Assembly (NCBI GenBank): GCA_964016885.1
Contig: OZ024741.1
Coordinates: forward strand, 309,752,001-309,816,000
Length of the DNA: 64,000 bases
Direction of reading: 5' to 3'
From: Eledone cirrhosa
Lineage: Eukaryota
Position 1 is the first letter of the stretch; each line of letters starts with the position of its first letter. The notes below the pieces were generated by a model. The model saw only the letters and a list, made by a program, of their open reading frames with translations. It ran no database searches and was not told the DNA's origin. The translations under genes and the position numbers were made by a program. This document shows, piece after piece, positions 11,788-24,017 of the stretch.

Positions 11788-12693
11788 ATACCAAATTCTT
11801 GTACATATTTGATCCGAGTCATCTGAAGAAAGTGATGGAGAAGTCTGAAAGATGCCATACTGTTAGCCTAAACCATGAGCAGAACATTAAGTACAATGCT
11901 TCTTCCACCAAACTAGAAGCAGACTATTCAATGTTCAAACTGACTAGTAATGCCCTGGAATATATCAAATCTGAATCTCCACTTGTTGCCACACTGGTAA
12001 GTCTTGTGTGCCATGATGACCTTGATGGAAGCAACCAGGAGGACAGTCATGAAGAAGATGAACAAGCAAGTGATGAGGAGTCCTGGAGGAAGTCTAAATC
12101 GTCAGTGTCTGACATAAGCTTGGTTGATATCAAAAGCTACCGATACCAAAAACTATCTGTCGACTTCCCTGTCCTGAAACAACACTTGTTACAATACATA
12201 ATACCTCTTGTTCAAACAGAACACTTAGATGTAAATTTGGAGACGAAGCACTGTTGAAGTTTATGTCTTCGGAAATTTCCTGTGATATCAAAATGGCCAT
12301 TCTTAGTTTGCCAGACAGCAAGAAATACCTATCGGTGGTTCTCGTCTGCTCAATGAATGTGTACATTCCAGAAAATGGTTGCAAGCCTTGAATATCATAG
12401 ACAGCCTACCGGTCACTCTAAAACAGGAGAATGGTGATTTCATCTTGCTCCATGACTTTGTTCTATGTTGCCTTGCCAAAAAAGCATGTGATGAAGAAGA
12501 CAAGAAACTGGAGGCTTATGCAAAGATGTTCTATAACAATGAAATCCAAGTTCGGACCATTTTGAATATTGTAAGGGGCCTTCCGTTGAAGAAAGGAATT
12601 GAACTTTTGAAGGCATGCCTTTCTAAGGAACTTTCTATGCAACTTCGTACAGCTGTCATTTCCAAATTAAAGCAGCTCATGATATTTTGTAAG
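11788..12693 (+). CDS. ZFYVE26: Spastizin (ZFYVE26) large internal exon, 5' end lost in gap; two apparent -1 frameshifts (~12235, ~12340)
   Basis: Protein-like frames 11799-~12235, 12239-~12340 and ~12340-12693; donor AAG|gtattt at 12694, phase 0, compatible with the next exon. Confidence 0.72.
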
Positions 12694-12746
12694 GTATTTC
12701 GATTCTTTTTCTTTCATTTTTTCTTTGCAATTTTTTTTTCATTTAA

Positions 12747-12967
12747 CCCTTTTGCATTTAAACCAGCCATATCCAACCAGAATTCTTGTACTTCTTTCTG
12801 TTCAAACTGGTTGTAACTAGCCACTCATACTGATGTTAAGGTATTGTTCTCAAAATAAATAATATCAAAATCTCATAGATTCGATATTTATGTAAGATAA
12901 TTATGTAAATTAAAGCCTTTCCCACAAAAGTACACTAGTATATAAAAAGTAATGTAAATGCTAAAGG
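12747..12967 (+). mobile_element. 221-bp piggyBac-type MITE, copy 1
   Basis: TTAA|ccctTTTgcattta...taaatgctaaagg|TTAA; homologous to copies 2 and 3. Confidence 0.8.
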
Positions 12968-13180
12968 TTAAAGGTGTATTCATTGTGGTGTGGTTAAGAA
13001 GTTCACTTTGACAACTATGTAATACTTTAGGCATGTATCTTCTTCAATAGCTTTGGGCCAACTAATGCCTTGTGAAGAAATTTGGTAGATAGAAACTCTA
13101 AGGAAGCCCATCAAATATGTGATCTTATTATGGATAGGTTGTGTTTAGGAATTTAGACTTATGGTGGGAAGGTTGTCCTT

Positions 13181-13362
13181 AGGAATTATGACTGGTAACA
13201 TTTGGTGTTGTCATGGTTATGATATTATTTAGAATTATGACTGGTAACATGTGGTCTTGTGATGGTTTTGATATTATTTAGAATTATGAGTGGTAACATG
13301 TGGTCTTGTGATGGTTATAACATTATTTAGAATTATGACTGGTAACATGTGGTGTTGTGATT
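13181..13362. repeat. 49-bp minisatellite (~3.7 copies)
   Basis: agaattatgactggtaacatgtggt... starts at 13231, 13280, 13329. Confidence 0.85.
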
Positions 13363-13644
13363 GGTAAGTTGTCCTTTATCTGACTATCCATTATCATAAT
13401 CAGCCACCTTCTATTCTGGCTTGGGTAGGCTTGGATAGTTTGAGACAATGTTGGATACTCTTCCTGATGCCAACTCCTTTAGTTGCTTTTGACATGCAGT
13501 AATACAATATACATATTCTTAAAACTGGTATATACACGGATAAGTCATTAAAAAACAAAACAACTTAAAATAAAAAGATTCATGTTATGGGTAGTAACCT
13601 TTCTATGTCTCTCTATAATATTTCTTTTTTTCTTTCTTCTCTAG

Positions 13645-13884
13645 GTTTCAGAGTGTGTTTCCACCGTAGAAAGATATAACTCTTTTGACTGCTCTGGAAT
13701 GGCTCCATATGACAAAGAAAACAAGCTTTCTAACCTGCTGCAGTGTCTTCAATGCTGGACTGATATACCATCATTATCAAGTTCAAATCCTGCCGGTGTC
13801 CTTTCTGTAATACTTGAAGCTGGGGACTTTGACACAGCTCGAGAGTGGGCAGACTACTACGCTGTTGACCAGTCATTGCTTGAG
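13645..13884 (+). CDS. ZFYVE26: ZFYVE26 exon (VSECVSTVE...EWADYYAVDQSLLE)
   Basis: Polypyrimidine tract + ctag acceptor, GAG|gtaacc donor, 240 nt, phase 0-0. Confidence 0.85.
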
Positions 13885-14886
13885 GTAACCTTTCAAACAT
13901 ATTTGTTTAAACAAAGCAGTTGACTTAAGAAGCATTGGGAAAAATTTGAATTTCAATATTGATCTTAGTCTTCATAGTATTAGGGGCATGATACAATATA
14001 CATAATTATTCTTTACATAATCCTACCCAACAACTAAATACAACAAACCTAAACTAGCCAAAAATGTACCACACAAAATACAATTACCCAATTAAATAAA
14101 TTAAAAACAAAACCTACCCACTATACTAGTACTAAGAGGATGAACTTGATCGGGCCACAATCACCTTCATATCTGGTTTCTGTCAGTCTTATATGAGCGA
14201 AACATGGTCCCCTGACCCAACTTGCCTCTAATGGGACAAATCCGTCTAACCATTGCTAGTATGGAAAATAGACGTTAAACGATGATGATGATGATGTCAA
14301 GTTGTGGTTACCAGATATATTAGTACCATATACTCTGTAGTGCACTAAATACTTTATCCTACCATCAGGAAAACCTTTCACACCAGAGATCTTTCAACAG
14401 GGATTTTAGTTCACACAGTATCAGAAGCATGATACAGTACATATAATTTTTCTTTATACAACCCTACCCAACAACAAAATACAGTAAGCCTAAACTAGCC
14501 AAAATACATCACACAAAATACAATTAACCAGTTAAATAAAATTAGAATTAAAACCACAACAGAAAAACAATTTATACCAGAAACTTTTCAATAATGATCT
14601 TGGTCTATGTTGTATCAGAGGCAGCATATAATTGTAATTTATATAATTTTTCCTTATACAACCCAACAACAAAATACATGGCTAAACTATTCAGATTACA
14701 TCACAGAAAATAGAGGAACCCGGTTAGGTGGTAGTGCTGATGCCATGGGTGTATTTGTAAGATTTGAACTTCACATTTTTCTCTAAGTTTTTTCATAATA
14801 TGTCTGATGAATGTATGTTAATTTATGAATGTCTTTTCCATTCAGCATTCTTTGTTTACTTACATTAACTCTTGTTCTTCCAACAG

Positions 14887-14955
14887 TGTATAGAGATGAA
14901 AGAAATCATGTTCTTTCTCAGTCACAAATCTTCTGACTCCAAGGAAGCATTCATG
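14887..14955 (+). CDS. ZFYVE26: ZFYVE26 exon (CIEMKEIMFFLSHKSSDSKEAFM)
   Basis: caacag acceptor, ATG|gtaaga donor, 69 nt, phase 0-0. Confidence 0.75.
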
Positions 14956-15074
14956 GTAAGATTTTATTTGTTATACTCTCTCTCTCTCTCTCACAATTGC
15001 ACACTTTAAATCTAGATTCAATGAAAAGTAGGCTGTGTGCAGTATTCAAGGAGAAAGATGGAAAGTGCCTCACC

Positions 15075-15500
15075 TTAATAGCATGGAATCAGACCTAAAC
15101 ACCAGCACTTCATTATGATGTCTAACCTAAATACCAGCTGTTAATGACATGAAATTAAACCTAAACACCAGCCCTTAATGACATGATGTGTAACCTAAAT
15201 ACCAGCTGTTAATGACATGAAATTAAACCTAAACACCAACCTTAATGATATGAAATTAGACCTAACTACCAACCTTTAATGACATTAAAAATCCAACCAA
15301 AAACCAGGTCTTAAGGATGTAGAATCAAACTTATACACCAGAACTTGATGATGTGAAATCTATCCTAAACATTAATGACATGAGACTATAATGAAACACC
15401 ATCCCTTAGTGACATGAAATCATGCCTAAACCCTAGCTCTCAATGATTTAAAATTCAACCTGCCATCAATGACATAGAATCAGACCTAAAAACCAGTCCT
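15075..15500. repeat. Degenerate ~33-35-bp minisatellite
   Basis: ttaatgacatgaaattaaacctaaacaccag repeated about 12 times. Confidence 0.8.
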
Positions 15501-15559
15501 TAAAACCCTTAAGGAGCTGCTTCACAACCTTTTGAATTTCATTGCATTATATATTCTAG

Positions 15560-15742
15560 GCATTGGAGAAAATGCAGGGTGAAGATGAATGCAAGTGTCT
15601 GAGAATCTGTAATAGACTTATGGAATCTCTGAGTCGACAGCAAGATATTCTATTTGTAGCAAGCTACATGTTGAACTTCCTTGAATGCAACTTGGATTTA
15701 GAGAGACAAGAACAGTTACGCCTTACTTGCATTGGGGCCAAG
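15560..15742 (+). CDS. ZFYVE26: ZFYVE26 exon (ALEKMQGEDEC...LTCIGAK)
   Basis: ttctag acceptor, AAG|gtaagt donor, 183 nt. Confidence 0.88.
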
Positions 15743-17141
15743 GTAAGTCTAAATTGTTTTAGTTGTTTAGTTGTAGTATATGTAAGCAGTATCAGATTTA
15801 TATATGGGCTAAGTGTATATAGTCCAGACAGCCCCTGTCTTGTTTTAAATATATATCAAATTTAGAATTTTTTTCCATATGCTGACATATGTGTATATGT
15901 GCATGTGTGTGTGTATGTGCATATGCAAACACAGGCACACTTACAAAAATACATATACATTCATGCAGGCAGCAAACATAAAGAGAGGAGTAGTATGAGG
16001 TAGTCAAACTACTACTCTCTCTTTATGTGTTGTGACAGAATCGCAGAAATTTATATATAGATATAGCTATGAAACATGACATTTTTGTCAAAATTTAGAA
16101 TATTATAATTATTGAATATTTTACTTTGCTTTAGATGTTAGTATGAATAGATACAAAAATCTAAACATTGTTTGATGTATATGCCTACATTCATGTGATT
16201 TTGATTAAGTTTCCTGCAAGCTAGTCTTAGGGAGAGGAGAAAGTTGATTAAATCAACACCAATGCATTACTGGTATTTTATTTTATCAATCAATTATTCG
16301 AGACCTAAGAGTATTTACTTGCATATGGCTTTAACATACACTTTTTACACATATACACCCACACATGTGTGCATGTGTAAATTTCTGCTATTGACTTGTA
16401 TATAGTGTTAACATACGTACATGTATGTGTAGATTTCTGTTTGAGTGAATGTGTGTATAGTTAATAAGCGGGGGGAGGTGGGGGTCATTATTCAAGACCC
16501 AATAGTACTAATGATGTCCTGGTGTCCAAATATGTTGTTTTCTACCTATTTAAGAAATGTTTATCATTACTGTAGTCTACAAGTCTAATCACCTTGTTTT
16601 GTTTAACTTCATTCTTTAGCCTTCTGAGTTCAATTCCCTCTGTTAACAAACTTTACTGTGGGGTGTGTGTGATAAAGCATGTACCAGACAAGGACTGGAG
16701 TTGATTAAAATCAACTATACCATTCCTTTGGCTCTATATACGATAATGCCTCTGGGATCACTTACCTAGGATGACCCCAGTCTCATCGAGCAAGAAGAAG
16801 AGATACTATTCCTAGGCAGAATCAGTAGAGTGTTTGACAAAATGCTTTGCGGTATTTAGATATGGCACTTTATGTTCTGAGTTCAATTTCTGCCAAGACC
16901 AACATTGATTGGCAGTATCATTAGAACATCAGACAAAATGCTTTTTGTCATTTATTTTAGATTTTACACTCTGAATTCAAATCCTGCGCGGAGAATAACT
17001 TTACCTTTCATCCTTCCAGTGTCAATAAAATAAAGTACCAGTAATTAACTGGGATCAGTTGATTTTCCCCTTCCCTTCAAATTGTTATCCTTTTGCTAAT
17101 GTCAGAAATGATAATAATAATTATTATTATTCCTTTTCTAG

Positions 17142-17237
17142 GCTTTGCTATGTCTTCCCAACTCAATAAGGGGTGAGTACCGCCACCTGGTATCAGCTCC
17201 ACAACTCTTGTTGGAGCAGCTATTAATGAACATGAAG
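17142..17237 (+). CDS. ZFYVE26: ZFYVE26 exon (ALLCLPNSIRGEYRHLVSAPQLLLEQLLMNMK)
   Basis: Contains LEQLLMNMK, recalled as conserved in spastizin; ttctag / AAG|gtaagc; 96 nt. Confidence 0.92.
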
Positions 17238-17321
17238 GTAAGCTTTCTGGTTCTTCCATTTATATTTGTTGCTTTTCCTCTTTGTATTTTCTATAAAATG
17301 TTTTTACCAGATCATCATCAT

Positions 17322-17672
17322 TTTTATGTCCGTTTTTCCATACTTACATGGATTAGACAGGTCCTTCTCAGCACACCATCTCTCCACTCATTGCATTCCT
17401 TCGTCTTCTCCTCTTTGAGTCTCAGTGATTTGAACTCAGCACTCATAACCTCTGCCCAGCTCTTTCTTGGTCTACCTCTGCTGTGGCTTCCTTCCATTTG
17501 CATTTCCTGGCACTTCTTCACCCATCAACCATCATCTATGCGCATCACATGTCCATACCAATGAAGCCTTCTCTTCTCCACACCACATTGGACTCCTCTT
17601 AAACCCAGTTACTCCCTGAGTTCATCAAGGCTCTGCCTTTCTCTCACATTTACATTGCACATCCAACAAGTA
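17322..17672 (-). mobile_element. RTE LINE 3' fragment
   Basis: KKCQEMQMEG..RGRPRKSWAEV...EWRDGVL..EKRT* plus (atg)n tail. Confidence 0.85.
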
Positions 17673-18040
17673 TGTTTTGCCATATTTGTTCCAGCTCTCT
17701 GCACTCTGAATTCATATCAGGTCAAGGTTAGCTTTACCTTTCATCCTTTCAAGGTCAATACATAAACTACCACTCCAGTACTGGGATCAATTCTTCCTTC
17801 ATCTCTCTTTATCACTTTCTCTTGCTCTATGTCCTTCTCTGAAAGAAATTGACTGTAAAGTGGCTGGCAATATGAAGGGCATGCAGCTGTAGTGACAATG
17901 CCAAAAAAGGGAGTTCATGAGTGAGATATGGTTTTCTGACTCCTGGATGAAAGTAGACACTCCAAATAAGAATGGACTAGGATCACGATGACTCATTTAT
18001 CATACATCAACATGGAAAAGTGGACAAAATTTATGATGAT

Positions 18041-18235
18041 AATAATTGTTTCTACTTTAGGCACAAGGCCAGCAATAACCCAGTGCATTACTGGTACTTT
18101 ATTTTATCAACCCCGTAAGGATGAAAGGCAAAGTCAACCTCGGCGGGATTTGAACTCAGATCGTAAAGGGACGTAACTATGCTGGAAAGCATGGCGTCCG
18201 ACCCTCTACCGATACTGCCAATCCACCGCCCATTT
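18041..18235 (-). mobile_element. tRNA-derived SINE family 2 (inverted partner of 18735-18929)
   Basis: On the - strand: A-box-like tggcagtatcgg, B box gagttcaaatc, (att)n tail. Confidence 0.88.
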
Positions 18236-18492
18236 ATGATGATAATAATGAGAGTTGATCACAATCATTTGTTTACCCCTCTATTTCCCATTTATATGTT
18301 TCTTTCTCTGTCACTTTCTATCATACACTCTCTCTTGTTCATTCTGTCTCTCTCATTCCCTCACTCTCACTCTTTTCTCTCTCTCTTGCTTCTACTCTCT
18401 TCCACTCTGTCTCTCACCCTCTTTCTTTCTCTTGTCATTTTCAAAAATCTATTTATAATTTCCTTCCATCTTTTCTCTGTTTCTTAATCAAG

Positions 18493-18649
18493 GCTGACCT
18501 TGCAGGTCAAGTATTTTCCAAGATACAAAATGACTTCCGACGCATTCAGGATAGCAGTCTTTGTTTTTCTATTGATAATTTTGATGACCTTGTCGCTAAA
18601 TATGCCACTAAGGCTCTTGAATTTCCTATTGTCCAAGTTCTAATTCAAG
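18493..18649 (+). CDS. ZFYVE26: ZFYVE26 exon (ADLAGQVFSK...KYATKALEFPIVQVLIQ)
   Basis: AAG acceptor after a long pyrimidine tract, G|gtaagc donor, 157 nt, phase 0-1; YAxKALxFP motif. Confidence 0.85.
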
Positions 18650-18734
18650 GTAAGCTTTGCTAAATATTTGGCTGAATATTCTCTTGTCTGTTTTCAATAT
18701 TTTTATTATATACATTTGTTATTATTATTATTTG

Positions 18735-19770
18735 AAATGGGCGGTGGATTGGCAGTATCGGTAGAGGGTCGGACGCCATGCTTTCCAGCATAGTTACGTC
18801 CCTTTACGATCTGAGTTCAAATCCCGCCGAGGTTGACTTTGCCTTTCATCCTTACGGGGTCGATAAAATAAAGTACCAGTAATGCACTGGGTAATTGCTG
18901 GCCTTGTGCCTAAAGTAGAGACAATTATTATTATTTAAAATCCCATCGAGGTTAACTTTGCCTTTCATTCTTACAGGGTCGATAAAATAAAGTACCAGTA
19001 ATGCACTGGGATAATTGCTGGCTTTGTGCCAAAAGTAGAAACAATTATTATTATTAGATAAAAGGTGATGGATTGACAGAACTGTTAGAGAACCGGACAG
19101 ATTGCTTTGCAGTATTTGTTTCGATTCTTTATCTCCTGAGTTCAAATTCCACAGTGGACAGCTTTGCCTTTCATCCTTCCAGGGTTGATGAAATAAAGTA
19201 CCAGACAAGTACTGGGGTTGATATAATCAACTTTGCTCTTCCCCCAAATATGCTGGTCTTGTGTCTAAATTAGAAATCATTATTAGTTCATTTTGAACGG
19301 CAGTGGATTGGCAGTATCGGTTGAGGGTCTGACACCATGCTTTGCAGGAAAGAGTTACGGCCCTTTATGGTCTGAGTTGAAATTCCGCCGAGGTTAACTT
19401 TGCCTTTTATCCTTACGGAGTCGATAAAATAAAGTACCAGTAATGTAGTGGGTAATTTCTGTCCTTATGCCAAAAGTAGAAACAATTATTAGTTCATTTT
19501 GTGGACACATTTGCTATAATGTATAGCAGGTTTCACTGGGCCGGATTGACAGTATCGGTAGAGCATCAGACACTATGCTTTGCAGCATAGAGTTATGGCC
19601 CTTTGTGCTCTGAGTTCAAATCCTGCCGAGATTAACTTTGCCTTTCATCTTACCAGCGTCTATAAAATAAAGCACCAGTAATGCACTATAAAGTACTGGG
19701 GTCGATTTAATCGACTTTCCCCTCCCCAGAAATTGCTGGTCTTGTGCCTATAGTAGAAACAATTATTGCC
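18735..19770 (+). mobile_element. Tandem cluster of ~5 SINE family 2 copies
   Basis: Copies at ~18735, 18937 (partial), 19062, 19298 and 19540, each with aactttgcctttcatc...gtaccag...tagaaacaattatt. Confidence 0.88.
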
Positions 19771-20358
19771 TATAGCCTTATGCCATCAGCATCATTATTG
19801 CCAATATCATTATCATCTATCATCATTGTCACCAGCATTACTGCCATCAAAACCAACATTTTCATCACATATGTGTCACTGCACCTTAGAAAATTAATCA
19901 ATGCATGTCAAACCAATGAGAGACTCTACATGGTTACTTGATCTCTTAGAAATAGCAACCAAACTTTCTCAAATCACATCCAATCATCTGGCTAATGGGA
20001 TTCTGTGTTTTCTACATTTCAAAAAAAGATGAAGTGGTCATTGTTGGAATATCTTTCATCATACGTTTGCCCAATCAAGTTTAGCCTGAGGCTAAACAAC
20101 AGCAACAACTACAGCTTGTCAGAATGTGTGGTCTAGACTCCAACTACTCAGAGGTATAACATATTTGGAGCTCGGGATCTGTGCAGTGCACATAGTCATT
20201 CAACTAACTGCTTATAAATGATAAGTCTGCCTGACCAGAGATGACTTGGTGCTAACACAACAGCGTCATCAACATCATCATAAGCATTACCAACACTGCT
20301 GCTATTATCAATTCTGATTGTCATTAATCAACCGTAATGATACAGCATGTGTGTATGT

Positions 20359-20407
<49 letters not shown>

Positions 20408-20408
<1 letters not shown>

Positions 20409-20800
20409 ATAGTGAAAGAGTGAAGAATCACATGGTCAGCTGTACAAAAAGGTTTTATTTACAGTATTAACAATTGTTTCATTGATCAGGTGAGTCTAAA
20501 GGCCGCTGATCACTCGAAATTGCGTCACTCGACCTTAAATGCAGTGTGCGTCTCTGATCAAATCATCGGAATACTCACCTGATCAATGAAACAATTGTTA
20601 ATACTGTAAATAAAACTCTTTTGTACAGCTGACCATGTGATTCTTCATTCTTTCACTATTATTACTCCAAGAATAACCTACATGAGAATTCTCGCAAACT
20701 CGCTACCTAACTAAGGAAACTTCTTGTTACGACAAACAACGCCGTACGTTAAAACTATCCATAGTACAGAGTACTCACAACCTCTAACTGGATTACCTAA
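20408..20800. mobile_element. Short palindromic Penelope-like remnant (88-bp inverted arms + tail)
   Basis: Arms 20408-20495 and 20573-20660; each carries a degenerate hammerhead ctgatcaatgaaacaattgtt; preceded by (TA)n. Confidence 0.6.
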
Positions 20801-21095
20801 AATGATAACTTGTTATCTCGTATATATTCAAATATAAAGATGGAAAAATTAACTTTTAAATAATTTTGCACATCCTTATATATACATAAATACACACACA
20901 TGCATATATATAGAGAGAAATTACAATAATTGTAAACAAACACATTCATATATAGATATACATGCACACAAGTGGATGCCCACATTCACATGCTTGCACA
21001 CACATTCACATACTTACACACTCACAACTGTGAGACATATTTCCAACAGCATTTAGATTTCATCTCCTTAAACATTTCTGTTAAACCATTTTCAG

Positions 21096-21230
21096 TGAGG
21101 GACAGAAGCCAGTCCCGATTGTCTTTGATGTCAGACCGTCAGGACTTAGATAGTGTCAGTGTGGTATCAAAGAACCAACAATCCGAAGCTGGAAGCACTC
21201 GGATGCGGAGACGAGGATCTGATACATCCC
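21096..21230 (+). CDS. ZFYVE26: ZFYVE26 exon (VRDRSQSRLSL...RRRGSDTS), Ser-rich linker
   Basis: tttcag acceptor, C|gtatgt donor, 135 nt, phase 1-1. Confidence 0.78.
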
Positions 21231-21506
21231 GTATGTTAACTCTATATTTTTGTGCTTTACATTTTTATTCAACATATCCAAGTTAATAGCTCTGTTAACT
21301 CCTAACATCCTGTTACAATTTAGCAGAAAATATCTAAAATCAGGTTTGTTAATTCAAATATTTATAGTGTCATTAATAGTAAATAGAATTAATCCCTAAT
21401 ATCCTATAATAATTTAGCAGAAAATATCTAAAAATAGGGTTTTTAATTCAAAGGTTTGTAGTATGTTTACTAGTGGACAGACTTTTGTGAAAATTTGCAG
21501 TATTAA

Positions 21507-21727
21507 CCCTTTAGCATTTAAACCGGCTGTATCTGGCCAGAATTCTCTCACCTCTTTCTGTTCAATTTGGCTATAACCAGCTGCTCATACTTATGTTAAG
21601 GTATTGTTCTCAAAATAAATAATATCAAAATCTTGTAGATTTGATATTATGTGGGATAATTATGTGAGATAAAGTGTTTACTGTGAAAATACAATAGTAA
21701 ATATAGAGTAATGTAAATGCTAAAGGG
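21507..21727 (+). mobile_element. 221-bp piggyBac-type MITE, copy 2
   Basis: TTAA|CCCTTTAGCATTTA...TAAATGCTAAAGGG|TTAA; perfect 14-bp TIR and TTAA TSD. Confidence 0.9.
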
Positions 21728-21944
21728 TTAATTTATATTGTGAGTCAGTCTTAATGTTGTTTTGTATTTTTCAAGAATGTCTTGCTAATGTAGTTTTATG
21801 TGGAACAAGAGGTTAAGAGTTAAAAATGAAATATTGTTATGTTAATTGTGCTGGTTATGAATTTATAGCTGAGATTTATTTCTTCCCTATAAACCACTTT
21901 TTACCTCATCCTTCCTGCCTATCTGCAGACATCTACTTACAGAT

Positions 21945-22485
21945 GTATAAAGTCATATATAATTATAAATAAATCTATAAACTTATGTTTTATCATAAAC
22001 ACATGTTTAAACCTATGTATAATTATCAACACATTTATAAACTTATGTATTATTTTCAACACATGTATAAAGTTATGTATAGTCATCAATAAATTTATAA
22101 ACCTATATATAATGATCAATACATGTATAAACATACTCTCGGGTCCCAAATAATAGGTAATTTTTCTACGTTGTCTCCCTTGATTTTTTTAAAAACCAGA
22201 ATTAGTCGTTTAGTTTACATATTGAGACCCCCAATCCATTCTATTTATTTCATAATGTATGAGTTTCTTGTAATGTTTTTTTTTTGTCATCTATAACGTT
22301 TTTTAATGTCTAAAGAAAATTATCACAAATAAAATTTCGCCAGAGATAGATTAGCAATATTTAATAAGCAGAGGGGGTTGGAAAAAGTCTGAAAAATTAA
22401 TAAGCAAGATGGACGATTATTCGAGACCCGAGAGTATGTATAATCATAATCACATATAAACCTATGTATAATCATAAACTTATGT
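21945..22485. repeat. 30-bp minisatellite interrupted by a MITE
   Basis: tataaacctatgtataatcatcaacacatg-like units on both sides of 22136-22434. Confidence 0.75.
22136..22434. mobile_element. Tc1/mariner-type MITE
   Basis: TA|ctctcgggtcccaaataat...attattcgagacccgagag|TA; TIR remnants also near 16292 and 16487. Confidence 0.78.
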
Positions 22486-22524
22486 CTAATATATTGAATT
22501 CATTCTCATCTACTTTTCCATCAG

Positions 22525-22721
22525 TGAACCGCTCTCCTGGAAAGAACATGGACAGCCATCAGCACAGATCTGTGGGTACAACAGGCAGCAAGTACCTTTC
22601 TCTTAACTGTGGAACTGGTAGTAAATTCCAAATGCCACAGGAGCCACCCCATAAAGACCAGTGGGTTCCAGACTCTACAACTGCTGTGTGCATGGTTTGT
22701 CGTGTTGAACGATTCAGTATG
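22525..22721 (+). CDS. ZFYVE26: ZFYVE26 exon, start of FYVE domain (...WVPDSTTAVCMVCRVERFSM)
   Basis: FYVE WxxD motif and first CxxC; catcag / ATG|gtaaac; phase 1-0. Confidence 0.93.
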
Positions 22722-23886
22722 GTAAACATCCATAATTTTGTGTAAATATGAGTGTGTGTGTCTATTTGTATGTATCTGTGTGTCTATTTGTGTGTGTGTC
22801 TGTCTGTGTGTGTGATTATGTGTCTGTCTGTTTGTGTTTGTGTGCATATCAGTGTGAGTGTATATGTATGTGTGTGTATGCATGTTTGTGTGTGCATGCG
22901 TGGATTCACGGTTAGATGCAGACATAGGAGGGTTATTAGCATGTAGAACAAAATGCCCTGCAGCATTTCCTCTTCCCCTATCTCTACCTCTTCTGCATTC
23001 TGAGTTTAAATTTCACTAAGGTCAACTTTGCTTTTCATCATTTTTGGGGTCAATAAATAAAGTACCAGTCCAGGGCCAGTGGATTGGTAGAATTGTTAGG
23101 GTGTTGGAAGAGATGTCTTGCAGTATTTGTTCTGGCTCTATGCATTCTGAGTTCTTAGGTGTTAGATTTAATCTGTTGCCTAGTATAACACCACCATCTA
23201 GTGCTTGGGTGCCTTTAGTTGAGCTCAATCTGTTGCAAATATTCAGTCCGAGTTTCCTGTTTAAGGATACATTCCTTTTTCCCTCCCACTAGTTTTGGAG
23301 ACCCAAAAAAAAATAAATGATCGTAGGTGTTGCTTTTACCTCCTTCATTAAATAATAAAAAAGAAAATAATCCACCAAGTACAAAAAATAAAACAAAAAT
23401 CCGTCCACCAGTACTAGCAGTGCAACACCGGAATAAATGAGTTGAGAGACTATAGGCTACAGTATCTGGTGATTAAGCTGAGACAATATAGGGTCAAAGA
23501 GGTCTCTTCAGTCCAAATGATCAAATGACAAACTCTCTAATGAGTGCTGGTGCCAGGATAAAATGCACCTAGTGCACACTATAAAGAGGTGATGCTGCTA
23601 GTATGATAAAATGCACTTAGTCCACTCTATAAAGTGGTAGTATTGGTGCCCTGAATAAAACGCACCCAATATACCCTTGTAATGTAATTGCTGTTAGGAA
23701 GGGCATCCACATGTAGAAACCACAGTAAATGTGGAAAGTGTGAGCAAGACATGGTCACTTGACCAGTATAGCCTCAGAAACTGACAACCTGTCCAACCAT
23801 GCCAGTCTGGAAACTAGATGTAAAAATGATTGTGGTGATGATGTTATTTTGCATATATGGTTTAATCAATTTATTTTTCCCTTCAG

Positions 23887-24017
23887 TTCAATCGGCGCCA
23901 TCATTGCCGTAGATGTGGTCGATTAGTTTGCAGAGCATGTTCCAGTAGAACTACCATTATCTTTGGCATGGTAGCTCGTACTTGTGATGACTGTTTTGAC
24001 CAGATGTCACGATCTAG
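23887..24017 (+). CDS. ZFYVE26: ZFYVE26 exon, FYVE core (FNRRHHCRRCGRLVCRACSS...ARTCDDCF)
   Basis: R(R/K)HHCRxCG PI3P-binding motif and RxC; cttcag / AG|gtaatt; phase 0-2. Confidence 0.96.

Noticed and set aside
12231-12371. Possible GT-AG intron explaining the exon frameshifts
   Set aside because: Splicing gat|gtaaat...ttccag|aaa gives a frame that stops within ~22 codons, and the skipped segment reads as plausible protein in the intermediate frame.
13975-14710. Three ~130-bp degenerate direct repeats
   Set aside because: Old local duplications in an intron, with no coding or structural signal evident.
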